From contig CAVWHO010000022.1 in NCBI GenBank assembly GCA_963754875.1, positions 128,001-192,000 on the forward strand: a stretch of 64,000 nt of DNA, in the 5' to 3' direction. The DNA comes from Nitrospirota bacterium (GTDB lineage: Bacteria; Nitrospirota; UBA9217). The notes under the pieces were generated by a model that had not been told where the DNA came from, searched no databases, and saw only the letters and a list, made by a program, of their open reading frames with translations. This document shows, piece after piece, positions 31,801-40,130 of this stretch. A program made the translations under genes and the position numbers. Within the stretch, counting starts at the first letter, position 1; the number at the start of each line of letters is the position of its first letter.

Positions 31801-32857
31801 AACTCAGAACGCAGAACTCAAAACCGTCTTGGACGAAGACATGCTCGTGCTCCGCGACATCTGGGAAGAAACGAGCCACCACCTCGATCTCCTGCAGCGG
31901 AACCCGGAAAATATCCGCGAAGAACGAAAAAATATCTATGACCGCAAAGGTCCGTCCTTTGTCATTCCCTTTACACCGAAACAGACAGAGGAAGACCTGT
32001 TCTGCAGGACCACGAAACCCAAAGTCGCGATCATCCGCGAAGAGGGAAGCAACGGCGACCGCGAGATGGCTTCCGCGTTCTTTCTCGCCGGATTCGAACC
32101 CTGGGACGTGACCGTGACCGATTTGCTCGAAGACCGCACCACCCTCGACCACTTCCGCGGCGTGGTCTTTGTCGGCGGGTTCAGCTATGCCGACGTGCTC
32201 GATTCCGCCAAGGGCTGGGCCGCGTCCATCCGGTTCAATAAAAAGGTTTGGAACCAGTTCGAAAAATTTTATCACCGCCCCGATACGTTCAGCCTCGGCG
32301 TGTGCAACGGATGCCAGCTCATGGCGCTTCTGGGTTGGGTGCCCTGGCAAGGCATTGCCGACGAACTCCAGCCGCGCTTCATCCACAACATGTCAGGCCG
32401 ATTCGAATCGCGCTTCTCTACCGTGAAGATCCTCAAGAGCCCGTCGATCATGCTTTCGGGCATGGAGAACTCCGTGCTCGGGATCTGGGTCGCCCACGGC
32501 GAGGGCCTCGCCTACTTCCCCGACAAACACATGTACGACGAATGCGAGTTCGGACTTGCGCCTGTCCGCTTCGTTGATGATGAATCAAGAATCACCGAAG
32601 CCTATCCTTTCAACCCGAACGGTTCACCGTGCGGCATCGCAGCGCTCTGCTCACCCGACGGACGCCACCTCGCCATGATGCCCCATCCCGAGCGCGCCGT
32701 GCTCACCTGGCAGTGGGGATGGATGCCCGAGGACCTCAAGACGTCACTCGAAGCCTCTCCCTGGCTCAGGATGTTCCAGAATGCACGCGCGTGGTGCGAG
32801 AAAAGTGAATTACCCCGCAGCAGAGCTGCGGGGCATCCTAAATGCGCTAGAACCTAA
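28856..32857 (+). CDS. purL: Large single-chain phosphoribosylformylglycinamidine synthase
   Basis: QSNSEHSRHWFF, ETHNFP, GGKDSLSM, glutaminase GVCNGCQ, MMPHPER; C-terminus altered by IS insertion. Confidence 0.97.
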   Translation: MVLFHLYRTPALSTYQAAGLLVTAQQKVSPVVSAIETEFCFNVAADSPLTNDEMRLLRWLLAETFEPGNFSDKTFLNPQSAISDPQLTLEVGPRMNFTTAWSTNAVSVCHACGLKKISRIERSRRYRLSLAANASLAKDQEIAFLALVHDRMTECPYPEPLRTFETGMAPEPVRIVPLMEQGRPALEKINREMGLGLDDWDLDYYTNLFIKEIKRNPTNVECFDLSQSNSEHSRHWFFRGKLIVDNKEAPETLMKIVKATYEANRNNSVIAFSDNSSAITGYDITTIIPEVVGKPSAFRETKRKYHIILTAETHNFPSGVAPFPGAETGTGGRIRDVQATGTGGLVVAGTAAYCVGNLRIPGYALPWEDASYAYPNNLASPLQIEVEASNGASDYGNKFGEPVIQGFTRSFGLRLPDNERREWLKPIMFSAGIGQMDSLHTAKTAAQKGMLVVKVGGPAYRIGMGGGAASSMIQGENIAELDFNAVQRGDAEMEQKLNRVIRACVELGEQNPIQSIHDQGAGGNCNVVKEIVHPAGAKIDIRRIQVGDNTLSALKIWGAEYQEQNALLLKPEHQGLFRSLCEREKVPLAVIGTVTGEGYIVLYDEFDNSTPENLELTKVLGDMPQKVFKLDRKKTSLKPLELPKDLTVRQALDRVLRLVSVGSKRFLTNKVDRSVTGLIARQQCAGPLQLTVSDVAVIAQSHFGLTGAACAIGEQPVKELIDPAAMARMSVGEALTNIVWAQVSSLGDIRCSANWMWAPKLPGEGSRLYDAAVAMRDVMIEFGMAVDGGKDSLSMAAKVTNADGTSETVKSPGTLVISAYVTCPDITKTVTPDLKAPGKSKLLSIDLGSGQNRLGGSALAQVFGQVGDTSPDLDDPQLLTRTFTAMQNLVADRLILAGHDRSDGGLVTTLLEMAFAGNCGIEIDLGKQNDALAALFSEELGLVIEYLPAEEATIFSVLDKAAVPFRVIGRTTLEKRIVCSLKTQNAELKTVLDEDMLVLRDIWEETSHHLDLLQRNPENIREERKNIYDRKGPSFVIPFTPKQTEEDLFCRTTKPKVAIIREEGSNGDREMASAFFLAGFEPWDVTVTDLLEDRTTLDHFRGVVFVGGFSYADVLDSAKGWAASIRFNKKVWNQFEKFYHRPDTFSLGVCNGCQLMALLGWVPWQGIADELQPRFIHNMSGRFESRFSTVKILKSPSIMLSGMENSVLGIWVAHGEGLAYFPDKHMYDECEFGLAPVRFVDDESRITEAYPFNPNGSPCGIAALCSPDGRHLAMMPHPERAVLTWQWGWMPEDLKTSLEASPWLRMFQNARAWCEKSELPRSRAAGHPKCART

Positions 32858-33360
32858 AGCCAACTTGCTCATCATGCTGATACCGAATATACTTTCTTAT
32901 AACTTCTGCCGTTACTTTGTCGCCAACCGAACGGACAAAGTAGCCGTCATTCCAGAGTTCTCCTCCCCAAAGTTTTTTCTTTATCTCGGGGAATTCTCGA
33001 AACATCATCTTTGCCGATATGCTTTTGATTATCTGTACTACCCTCGCTGGAGCATACTTCGGTGGCACAACCAAAAACAAATGCACATGATCATCCATTG
33101 CTTCCATCGTATCTATTTCAAATTCATATCGCTCTGCGATCTCACGAAATATCTCTTTCAGTCTCGTCGTCATTCGATCGCTGAACAGCTTCCTTCGATA
33201 TTTTGGTATCCATACAAAATGGTACTTCAGATCATAGACGCTATGTTTGCTTCTTCTCAATGGGCTCATGGCCCGTATTGTAACAGATTCTCATCCTGAC
33301 TTCGTCAGGATATCCTTTTCATCCCAGCAGCAGAGCTGCTGGGTATTTCAGGATGTTTTT
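32805..33360 (-). mobile_element. IS200/IS605-family element (tnpA only, no tnpB)
   Basis: Subterminal hairpins CCCCGCAGC-AGA-GCTGCGGGG (32813-32833) and CCCAGCAGC-AGA-GCTGCTGGG (33323-33343); no target duplication; ends inferred. Confidence 0.9.
32847..33269 (-). CDS. tnpA: Y1 HUH transposase TnpA
   Basis: YHFVWIPKYRR, DHVHL (HUH), LWNDGYF, catalytic Y in KYIRYQ. Confidence 0.95.
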   Translation of the reverse strand: MSPLRRSKHSVYDLKYHFVWIPKYRRKLFSDRMTTRLKEIFREIAERYEFEIDTMEAMDDHVHLFLVVPPKYAPARVVQIIKSISAKMMFREFPEIKKKLWGGELWNDGYFVRSVGDKVTAEVIRKYIRYQHDEQVGFRF

Positions 33361-33458
33361 ATAAATAAGCGCTATACCGAGACAGAGTGCATTTTTCAAG
33401 GATGACACACTGTAGGATGCCCTTGGTATCAGTATATTTTGCTGCGAACTTTCCGGCC

Positions 33459-33487
33459 TTGACATCATAGTGCAATATAGTTATAGT
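33459..33487 (+). promoter_or_regulatory. sigma70-type promoter
   Basis: TTGACA-17 bp-TATAGT upstream of the J-domain gene. Confidence 0.7.
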
Positions 33488-33523
33488 TTTTTTAGAAATA
33501 CTTTACTGTAACGTTGAGGAGGA

Positions 33524-34330
33524 TTGAGTGTGACCTCAGCCCTTGCCGAAACGACCGTCCTCCAGGCATGCCGCACCCTGTTCGGACTAGAACCCAGCAT
33601 CTGCAGGGGGTTTCTCGTTACCCTTCAGCCCAGCGGCGCCAAGTCGGCCTATCGAAAAAAAGCAAAAGAAACCCACCCCGACCTCTTTCATGACCAGGAC
33701 CGCGCTGTTCAGCAACGGCAAGCAAATCTTTTTCGCGAAATATCAGACGCCTATGAAACGTTGAACAGGTTTCTCAAAGAGCGGGAAAAAGGCCTGTGGA
33801 GTCAGTCAACGTATTCAGCAGCACGGCCGGTGCGGCCTGCTTCGTATCAAGAACGAACCTCTCGTCCGCAGGCAGCTCCAAAAAAGAACCGGACTGATTT
33901 TTACCATGGTCCGATCCCGTTCCACGTTCTCGATATCGGCCGGTATCTCTATTACTCAGGCTTAATTTCCTACTGGTCGCTCATCGAGGCGCTGACGTGG
34001 CAACGTAAACAGCGCCCTCTCATCGGAAGTGTTGCAATGCAATGGGGTTGGTTGAACGCAGAGACTATCAAGCAAATTGCTACTTCACACTCCCTCAATA
34101 GCAGGTTCGGTGAGCGTGCTATCAGACTGGGGCTACTCACCTCGTTTCAAGTGAATACGATTCTCTACTATCAGCGCACACAGCAGGAACGCCTGGAAAC
34201 TTATTTCGTTCAACAACATCTCCTGACCGCCGAACAGGTCGAACTTCAAGCCAGCGGAATGATGAAACACAATGCACTCGTTATTGCCCGTCAAAGGGAC
34301 GAAAGTAGGCGGCTGAACACTTATATGTAG
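33524..34330 (+). CDS. DnaJ (J-domain) containing protein
   Basis: KSAYRKKAKETHPD...FREISDAYE J-domain; C-terminal GSPII_N-like repeats (IG..A..WGWL, FGE.AIRLGLL). Confidence 0.8.
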   Translation: MSVTSALAETTVLQACRTLFGLEPSICRGFLVTLQPSGAKSAYRKKAKETHPDLFHDQDRAVQQRQANLFREISDAYETLNRFLKEREKGLWSQSTYSAARPVRPASYQERTSRPQAAPKKNRTDFYHGPIPFHVLDIGRYLYYSGLISYWSLIEALTWQRKQRPLIGSVAMQWGWLNAETIKQIATSHSLNSRFGERAIRLGLLTSFQVNTILYYQRTQQERLETYFVQQHLLTAEQVELQASGMMKHNALVIARQRDESRRLNTYM

Positions 34331-34708
34331 CCTGCTCTTTGCTCTCGGTCCCGGTTAGCAGCGCTCGTTATACACTAAAAGTATTACTTCCATTTGCGAC
34401 ACAAAACTCCCTATTTTGAGCTATAGTTGTATTAAATTGATTCCTGACACAGGCGTTTGCTTCATAAGATGGGTCCCCTGCATTGTACAACCGGTATTTA
34501 ACATTTTTCTCAAAACGGTAGTGACTGTAAAGTCGTAGGCTCTGTTGATAATACAGCGAACTCTGAAGATAAAAACTTCTCGTCGTAACTTTCAGAGCGA
34601 TTTCCTCCTGAAACAGAGGAGTTTCCATTCTCATTTACAGTCAACGGTTCAAGTGGAGTGTTTTACCTTGCGACATTTAGGTAGGCTTGATTAAAAGTGG
34701 GGGAAACA

Positions 34709-35374
34709 ATGAAAAGAATTTTACTTGCTGTCATAGCATTGATATTCATCAACCTACCCTTAGCAGGGTGCGGAGGCGGTGACAATAGGAGCTCGCCACC
34801 TGTGATTGTTACGCAGATACTGAGTGATCCAGTGTATGATGGTTATGTCGCAAAAGATTCCGCATCGAGTAATTATACAGTTACCCAGGGCAACACGCAA
34901 AGTGTGTTCGCCGGCATAGATCCCACGACACTCACGGAGTATCGCACATTCCTGGACTTCCCTCTGACAGGTGCAGGTGGTGTCCCTGGTGACGCTGTCA
35001 TTGTATCAGCAACCGTAGATATTGTAATCAACAGCATATCTCCGTATCCGTTACCTGGAACAATTCCAATTCGTGTCGACCTCGTATCCTTTCAACCACC
35101 GACATTGATAGGGACTGATTTCGATCGTACACTTCAGCCAGCGCTGGTGACAAGGACGATCTTGCCGCCGATTTCCCAAAGCGATTTTGGCAATCATGTA
35201 GCCATTGATGTGACCGACTTGATGAATGAAGCCCAACGTCTGGGCTTGCTTGATTTCCAGGTACGTATACTAGAGGATTTGGGAACAGTTTCACCCGGCT
35301 TTATCGAAATCAACGACACTACGGGATCAAGTCGGGATGCACTCGCACCTTTGCTTCAAGTATCGTATTATTAA
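34709..35374 (+). CDS. Hypothetical lipoprotein
   Basis: Signal peptide with lipobox LAGC; beta-rich extracellular-type sequence. Confidence 0.75.
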   Translation: MKRILLAVIALIFINLPLAGCGGGDNRSSPPVIVTQILSDPVYDGYVAKDSASSNYTVTQGNTQSVFAGIDPTTLTEYRTFLDFPLTGAGGVPGDAVIVSATVDIVINSISPYPLPGTIPIRVDLVSFQPPTLIGTDFDRTLQPALVTRTILPPISQSDFGNHVAIDVTDLMNEAQRLGLLDFQVRILEDLGTVSPGFIEINDTTGSSRDALAPLLQVSYY

Positions 35375-35733
35375 TAGGACTGTACCCTGCAAGCCTGGGG
35401 CGCTACCCTCTCATAACACCGATGAGCAGATTCTGGTTCGGGCGGGAGCTACGGCTGAAATGGGCAAACTGCGAGCTTGCCAGAGCCTCAAAATCGGCCT
35501 CGGCGTACGGCCTGTTGTGGGCTTAACTTCGATAGAGGAGCAAAGGAAACGTTTGCACAGTGAAAACAGGCCAGCAAATTACCAGCTACTACGCAATCGA
35601 TGGTAACCTTGATTATCATGTGTCTGCAAAATTCGTCGATGTAACTATTGAATACCTCTCCAGAACGTCATACCATAGATAAATCGTAGCAAACACGGAC
35701 TGGCTTAGGGTCCTGCGGTTGCCGTCTCTGTGA

Positions 35734-36483
35734 TTAATCGAGCGACACACTAAAGCTTCCCGGATACCCGTGGTCGGAAAATTCCTTTTCCGCGTTTTCC
35801 GCAGCATGGAGCGAAGGATACTTTCCGGCGTAGACCCGGTAGAAATTATCTCCATGGACATTGGTCATATGAACTTCCGAGAAACCATAACGTTTTTTCA
35901 TTCCTTCAGACAACCGGAGCGCGTTGCTGTGTTCCTTGAATGATCCTACCTGGACCGTGTAGTTTCCGGCGTCGTACGAATCCGGAGCTCGATAGTTCTC
36001 CGCACCGCTTGCGCGATAGCCCAACGCTTCGATCCTCACCGGTGCAGTCCCGACGATGTCTACGCTCAGTTTCTTCGCAGCCGCATAGGAAAGGTCGATG
36101 ATCCTGCCTTTGACAAACGGGCCGCGGTCATTGACCCGTACGATTGCTTCATGTCCGTTGTCCGTGTTCCTGATCTTGACGAACACGCCGAGGGGAAGCG
36201 TCTTGTGTGCTGCGGTCATGGCGTTCATGTCGTACTTCTCCCCGTTGCTCGTCCTCTTTCCGTGAAAGTCCTTTCCGTACCAGCTCGCAATACCGGTCTG
36301 CACAAAGCCGACCTCACTTGCCAAAGGTTCGTATCGTTTGCCGTAAACGGTATAGGGCTTTTGGTAGGCTTTTGTCTTGGACCGTGAGGACTCAGTAGTC
36401 GTCGGCGGCTTTTTCGTTGCGCACGACGCAATAAAGACCAGGCAACACAGTATCAGAATAAGCTTCTTTGCAATACCGACCAT
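35734..36483 (-). CDS. rlpA: Septal ring lytic transglycosylase RlpA with SPOR domain
   Basis: Lipobox, GIASWYG, TAAHKTLP, VNDRGPF, IIDLS, SPOR (VQVGSF). Confidence 0.93.
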   Translation of the reverse strand: MVGIAKKLILILCCLVFIASCATKKPPTTTESSRSKTKAYQKPYTVYGKRYEPLASEVGFVQTGIASWYGKDFHGKRTSNGEKYDMNAMTAAHKTLPLGVFVKIRNTDNGHEAIVRVNDRGPFVKGRIIDLSYAAAKKLSVDIVGTAPVRIEALGYRASGAENYRAPDSYDAGNYTVQVGSFKEHSNALRLSEGMKKRYGFSEVHMTNVHGDNFYRVYAGKYPSLHAAENAEKEFSDHGYPGSFSVSLD

Positions 36484-36633
36484 ACTACTTGCCCTTTTTT
36501 GGTACTCCAGGTATTATCATAACAATGCTCTCTGTTGAACCGTCAAATTTCTGCTATGATACAAAGTATCGATCAGGAGAGCAACTGAAAAAAACACCCC
36601 ACGCTCTACTGTTCAGCTCGAAGGAGGGAAACC

Positions 36634-36939
36634 GTGATCAAGCATATTGTCATGTGGAAGCTCAAGGAAGTTGCGGAATGCGGGGACCGGATCCAGAATG
36701 CCAGAAAGATGAAGCACGATCTCGAAGCATTGAAGAGCAAGATCCCGCAGATCAAACATATCGAAGTCGGGTTGAACAGTCTTCCTTCCGAAGGCTCCTA
36801 TGATGTGGTTCTCTATTCCGAATTCGAGAGCGAGAAAGACCTCGAAGCGTACCAAAAACACCCCGAGCACCTGAAAGTCGCGGAATTCATCGGTACGGTG
36901 AGGGAACGAAGGGCGGTAGTCGATTACACGATGGGGTGA
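36634..36939 (+). CDS. Dabb family (stress-responsive A/B barrel) protein
   Basis: MIKHIVMWK...YQKHPEH...VVDY. Confidence 0.9.
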   Translation: MIKHIVMWKLKEVAECGDRIQNARKMKHDLEALKSKIPQIKHIEVGLNSLPSEGSYDVVLYSEFESEKDLEAYQKHPEHLKVAEFIGTVRERRAVVDYTMG

Positions 36940-36948
36940 GCCGCCGCG

Positions 36949-37893
36949 TCATCCGGCACTATTGATCCCGTTGTTATAATGGTCCGGCCCGGGATGGATT
37001 TTATCGATAAGATCACGGAAAAAGATCCTGTCCTGTTCAACTTCCGTTTGAATATACCCCAACTGCTTCAGTACGGGCATGAACTTCATGGTCGCAGCGA
37101 TATAGCCCTCGGTGAGCTTCGAGCAGTATTTCGGCGAAACCCTGAGCGTGTCCAGGACAAAGTCCTCATCGACAATGCTGACAAAATCAGCGATCACCCG
37201 GGCCGCCTTCGCAGGCTCCCTTCTGATGAATGCCGTGGCCTCCTCATGAAGGAGAAGAAACTTTTCCACCCGCTCTCGTTCCCGCTCTAAAAATCCGCTC
37301 TCTGCAACGATCCCGTAACTCGGATTGTTCGGCCAGAGTTTTGACGAGGGGTACAGCACCTTACCGTTGGCAAAGCGATTGATCGCTATGGCAAGGGCGG
37401 GCGTTCCTATGGCAGCAGCGACTTCATTGTTGACCACGGCCTCAGTCACGAGGTCTGCCCAGGGAAAGTTCACGATCTCGATCTCGCGCGTGAGGCCCTG
37501 CTGCTCGATACAGTCTTTCAGAATGACGTCGTGAATGGAACCCTTGCCCGGCACGCCGATCTTGCGTCCCCGGAACTGCTCCAGAACCGTACCCAGGTCA
37601 AGAGCTTCGGGGAAAGCTTTCCACCGGGCTTTGCCAGCCATGACCGTGCCTTCCACGTGCCCGCCTGCCACGCAGACCACCTTGATGCCCTGGCTTATGC
37701 CGATGATTGCGGGAGGCAGCCCGATGTAGGCCATATCCAGTTCGCCGTGTTGAAAGGCTTTCATGATGGCCGGACCGGTGCCCATGAGCTTCCATTCGAC
37801 CTCGGCTCCCAACCGCGCGTCAACGGTCCGCTGGGCCATCAACAACACTGCAGTGTGATAGAACGTGGAAAGATGTCCGATCCTGATTCTCAT
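36949..37893 (-). CDS. SsuA/NrtA/NMT1-like substrate-binding-fold protein without a signal peptide
   Basis: GPAIMKAF..GELDMAYIGLPPAI, KIGVPGKGSIHDV; N-terminus begins directly with the first strand. Confidence 0.8.
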   Translation of the reverse strand: MRIRIGHLSTFYHTAVLLMAQRTVDARLGAEVEWKLMGTGPAIMKAFQHGELDMAYIGLPPAIIGISQGIKVVCVAGGHVEGTVMAGKARWKAFPEALDLGTVLEQFRGRKIGVPGKGSIHDVILKDCIEQQGLTREIEIVNFPWADLVTEAVVNNEVAAAIGTPALAIAINRFANGKVLYPSSKLWPNNPSYGIVAESGFLERERERVEKFLLLHEEATAFIRREPAKAARVIADFVSIVDEDFVLDTLRVSPKYCSKLTEGYIAATMKFMPVLKQLGYIQTEVEQDRIFFRDLIDKIHPGPDHYNNGINSAG

Positions 37894-38031
37894 CGCTTAC
37901 GCTGCTCCCGGCACGTGAAAGTAAAAGCCCTTAATCAATATTAGTCTTGATCATTCTTCGAGTCAAGCCTACGCTAGCAGTACATCCTTTCCTGTTGCTG
38001 GGTACCATGCAGTGTGTTAATATAAATCGGT

Positions 38032-40056
38032 ATGAAAATCGCACTGGATAAAGACAGCTCCGAGCTGCTCAGAACGCTCGACGTTCTGAATATGCCCGCA
38101 TTTATTGTCGACAATAGATGGACTGTCCTCTCCTGCAATGACCACGTCCGTGAGGTCTTCGAATACAGCCGGGCGGAAGTCATCGGCAGGAACCTGGAAA
38201 AATTCCTTTCCCTCGATAATATCCTCCGGGAGCGCGAAGCAACAGGTTTTCCCTCACTTGCCGATGCAGCCCGGAACGGCGAATCGTCGTCGCTCCGCGC
38301 GTTCTGTTTCAGAAAAAATGGCAGCCCTCTGGCATCACAGATTGCCGTCATTCCGAACAAGCAGCACCGTCCCGACCGGATGATCATCGTAGTCCGAAAC
38401 GCTCCTGCTCGCAAGAACATGCCCGCGGACAACGGTTTCCCCGCGCAGGACAAGTCGCCCCAGGTTGAGTTGATCAACGAGTTGAGCAGCATCATCAACT
38501 CGAGCCTGAGCATCGGGACGATCTTCCGGATGGTCGTATCGGAACTGCGGAAGATCATCGACTACAGCAGGGCGAGTCTGCTGCTGTACAATGAAAAGGA
38601 CGATAACCTGACGATCTTCGCGCTGGACACGGAGATGAAGACCGTCATGAAAAAAGGCGTTACCGCGCCGATCGAAGGAACGAGTGCGGGATGGGTGGTC
38701 CGAAACAACAAGCCCTGGATCAGCTACGACCTCACGGAAACGGCATTCCCCCTGGACAGGAAGCTCCTGGACGAGGGCATCCGCTCGACCATCAGCATTC
38801 CCCTGTTCCACGACCGGATGCTCGGCGTGTTCAACTTCGACAGCACCGATCCCACACAGTACACCGAGAAAGATTTCGAGATCCTCCTTCCGGTGGCCAA
38901 ACACATTGCCGTTGCCCTGGAAAACGCGCTGTTGTTCGAAGAGATCTCGAAAGAGAAAAAAGAGTGGGAGAGAACCTTTGACGCCATCACCGACATGGTC
39001 TGGATCGAAGACGGCAGGCAGAAGGTGATCCGCGCAAACCACGCGCTCATGGCAAGGACCGGCTATTCTAAGACCGAGATCGCGGATAAGGCATGCATGG
39101 CGCTGCTCGACAAGATCGGCATCATGCCCACCGGAGGATGTCTCTGCGCCGAGACGCTCGTGTGCAAGAGACCGACGTTCCAGGAACTGAAAAGCAAGGG
39201 CGGCAGCATATTTCATTTCTGGGCCTATCCCCTCATCGATGAGGAAGGACGGCTCTACGCCATCGTCCATTACCTCAAGGACGTGACGGCCCAGAAGCGG
39301 ATCGAGCAGCAGCTTATCAGGACGGACAAGCTTGCGTCCCTCGGCACGCTCGTGGCAGGCATCGCCCACGAGATCAACAACCCGCTCGGGATCATCGCAG
39401 GCTACTCTGAAGCGCTGCTCGATCGGGCTGCCGACACGGCCTTGACCAACGTACGGGAGTTCGAAGACTTTCCCGAATATCTGAGGACAATCCATAGCGA
39501 GATCTTTCGGTGCAAGGGCATCCTCAAGAGCCTCCTCGAATTTGCCCGTCCCTCGGGCGGCACGTTCCGCGAGATCGACATCAATGAGCTCATCAAGGAA
39601 GTGCTCCTTCTGCTCAAGCACCGCACGCAGAAGCTGAAACACACGCTGGAACTCGATTTGAACCGGGAGGTCCCAAAGATCTATGCTGATGCAGGAAGTC
39701 TCCGGCAGCTGTTGATGAACCTTCTTTTGAACGCCATTTACTTCACGTCCGAGGGGGGGAGCATCTCCATCAAAACGGAGCATGACGAGGGAGAGGAGCC
39801 ATCGAGGATCGGTGATTGTCCGAGCCGGGTCCGGCTCTCTGTCTCAGACACGGGAAGCGGCATCCCTGAAGACCTGATCGATAAGATCTTCGACCCCTTC
39901 TTCACCACCAGGCCCGTCGGTGAAGGCACGGGCCTCGGCCTTACCATCAGCCACCGGATCGTCGAGGAGCACGGCGGCACTATCGATGTGGAAAGTACGC
40001 CGGGGAAGGGCACGACCTTCATCATCACGCTGCCGGCGATCACCTGCAGGGAGTAA
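38032..40056 (+). CDS. Cytoplasmic PAS-GAF-PAS sensor histidine kinase
   Basis: H-box AHEINNPL, N/G boxes, no transmembrane segment. Confidence 0.92.
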   Translation: MKIALDKDSSELLRTLDVLNMPAFIVDNRWTVLSCNDHVREVFEYSRAEVIGRNLEKFLSLDNILREREATGFPSLADAARNGESSSLRAFCFRKNGSPLASQIAVIPNKQHRPDRMIIVVRNAPARKNMPADNGFPAQDKSPQVELINELSSIINSSLSIGTIFRMVVSELRKIIDYSRASLLLYNEKDDNLTIFALDTEMKTVMKKGVTAPIEGTSAGWVVRNNKPWISYDLTETAFPLDRKLLDEGIRSTISIPLFHDRMLGVFNFDSTDPTQYTEKDFEILLPVAKHIAVALENALLFEEISKEKKEWERTFDAITDMVWIEDGRQKVIRANHALMARTGYSKTEIADKACMALLDKIGIMPTGGCLCAETLVCKRPTFQELKSKGGSIFHFWAYPLIDEEGRLYAIVHYLKDVTAQKRIEQQLIRTDKLASLGTLVAGIAHEINNPLGIIAGYSEALLDRAADTALTNVREFEDFPEYLRTIHSEIFRCKGILKSLLEFARPSGGTFREIDINELIKEVLLLLKHRTQKLKHTLELDLNREVPKIYADAGSLRQLLMNLLLNAIYFTSEGGSISIKTEHDEGEEPSRIGDCPSRVRLSVSDTGSGIPEDLIDKIFDPFFTTRPVGEGTGLGLTISHRIVEEHGGTIDVESTPGKGTTFIITLPAITCRE

Positions 40057-40130
40057 GGAGAGACAGATACTTTCCGTACAAATCTGCCGCGTGCGGGGAA
40101 AGTCCATCTGGTCAAATTCCAATTCATTCT

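Noticed and set aside
35400..35720. Possible c-di-GMP riboswitch (GGGCAAAC motif) or small ORF
   Set aside because: The second stem and GNRA/receptor elements are not evident, and the region lies between convergent genes.
38335..39783. Long antisense ORFs (e.g. 482 aa here, 393 aa at 49610-50791, 344 aa at 21702-22736)
   Set aside because: They are shadows of GC-rich sense genes with strong codon bias and contain no domain motifs.
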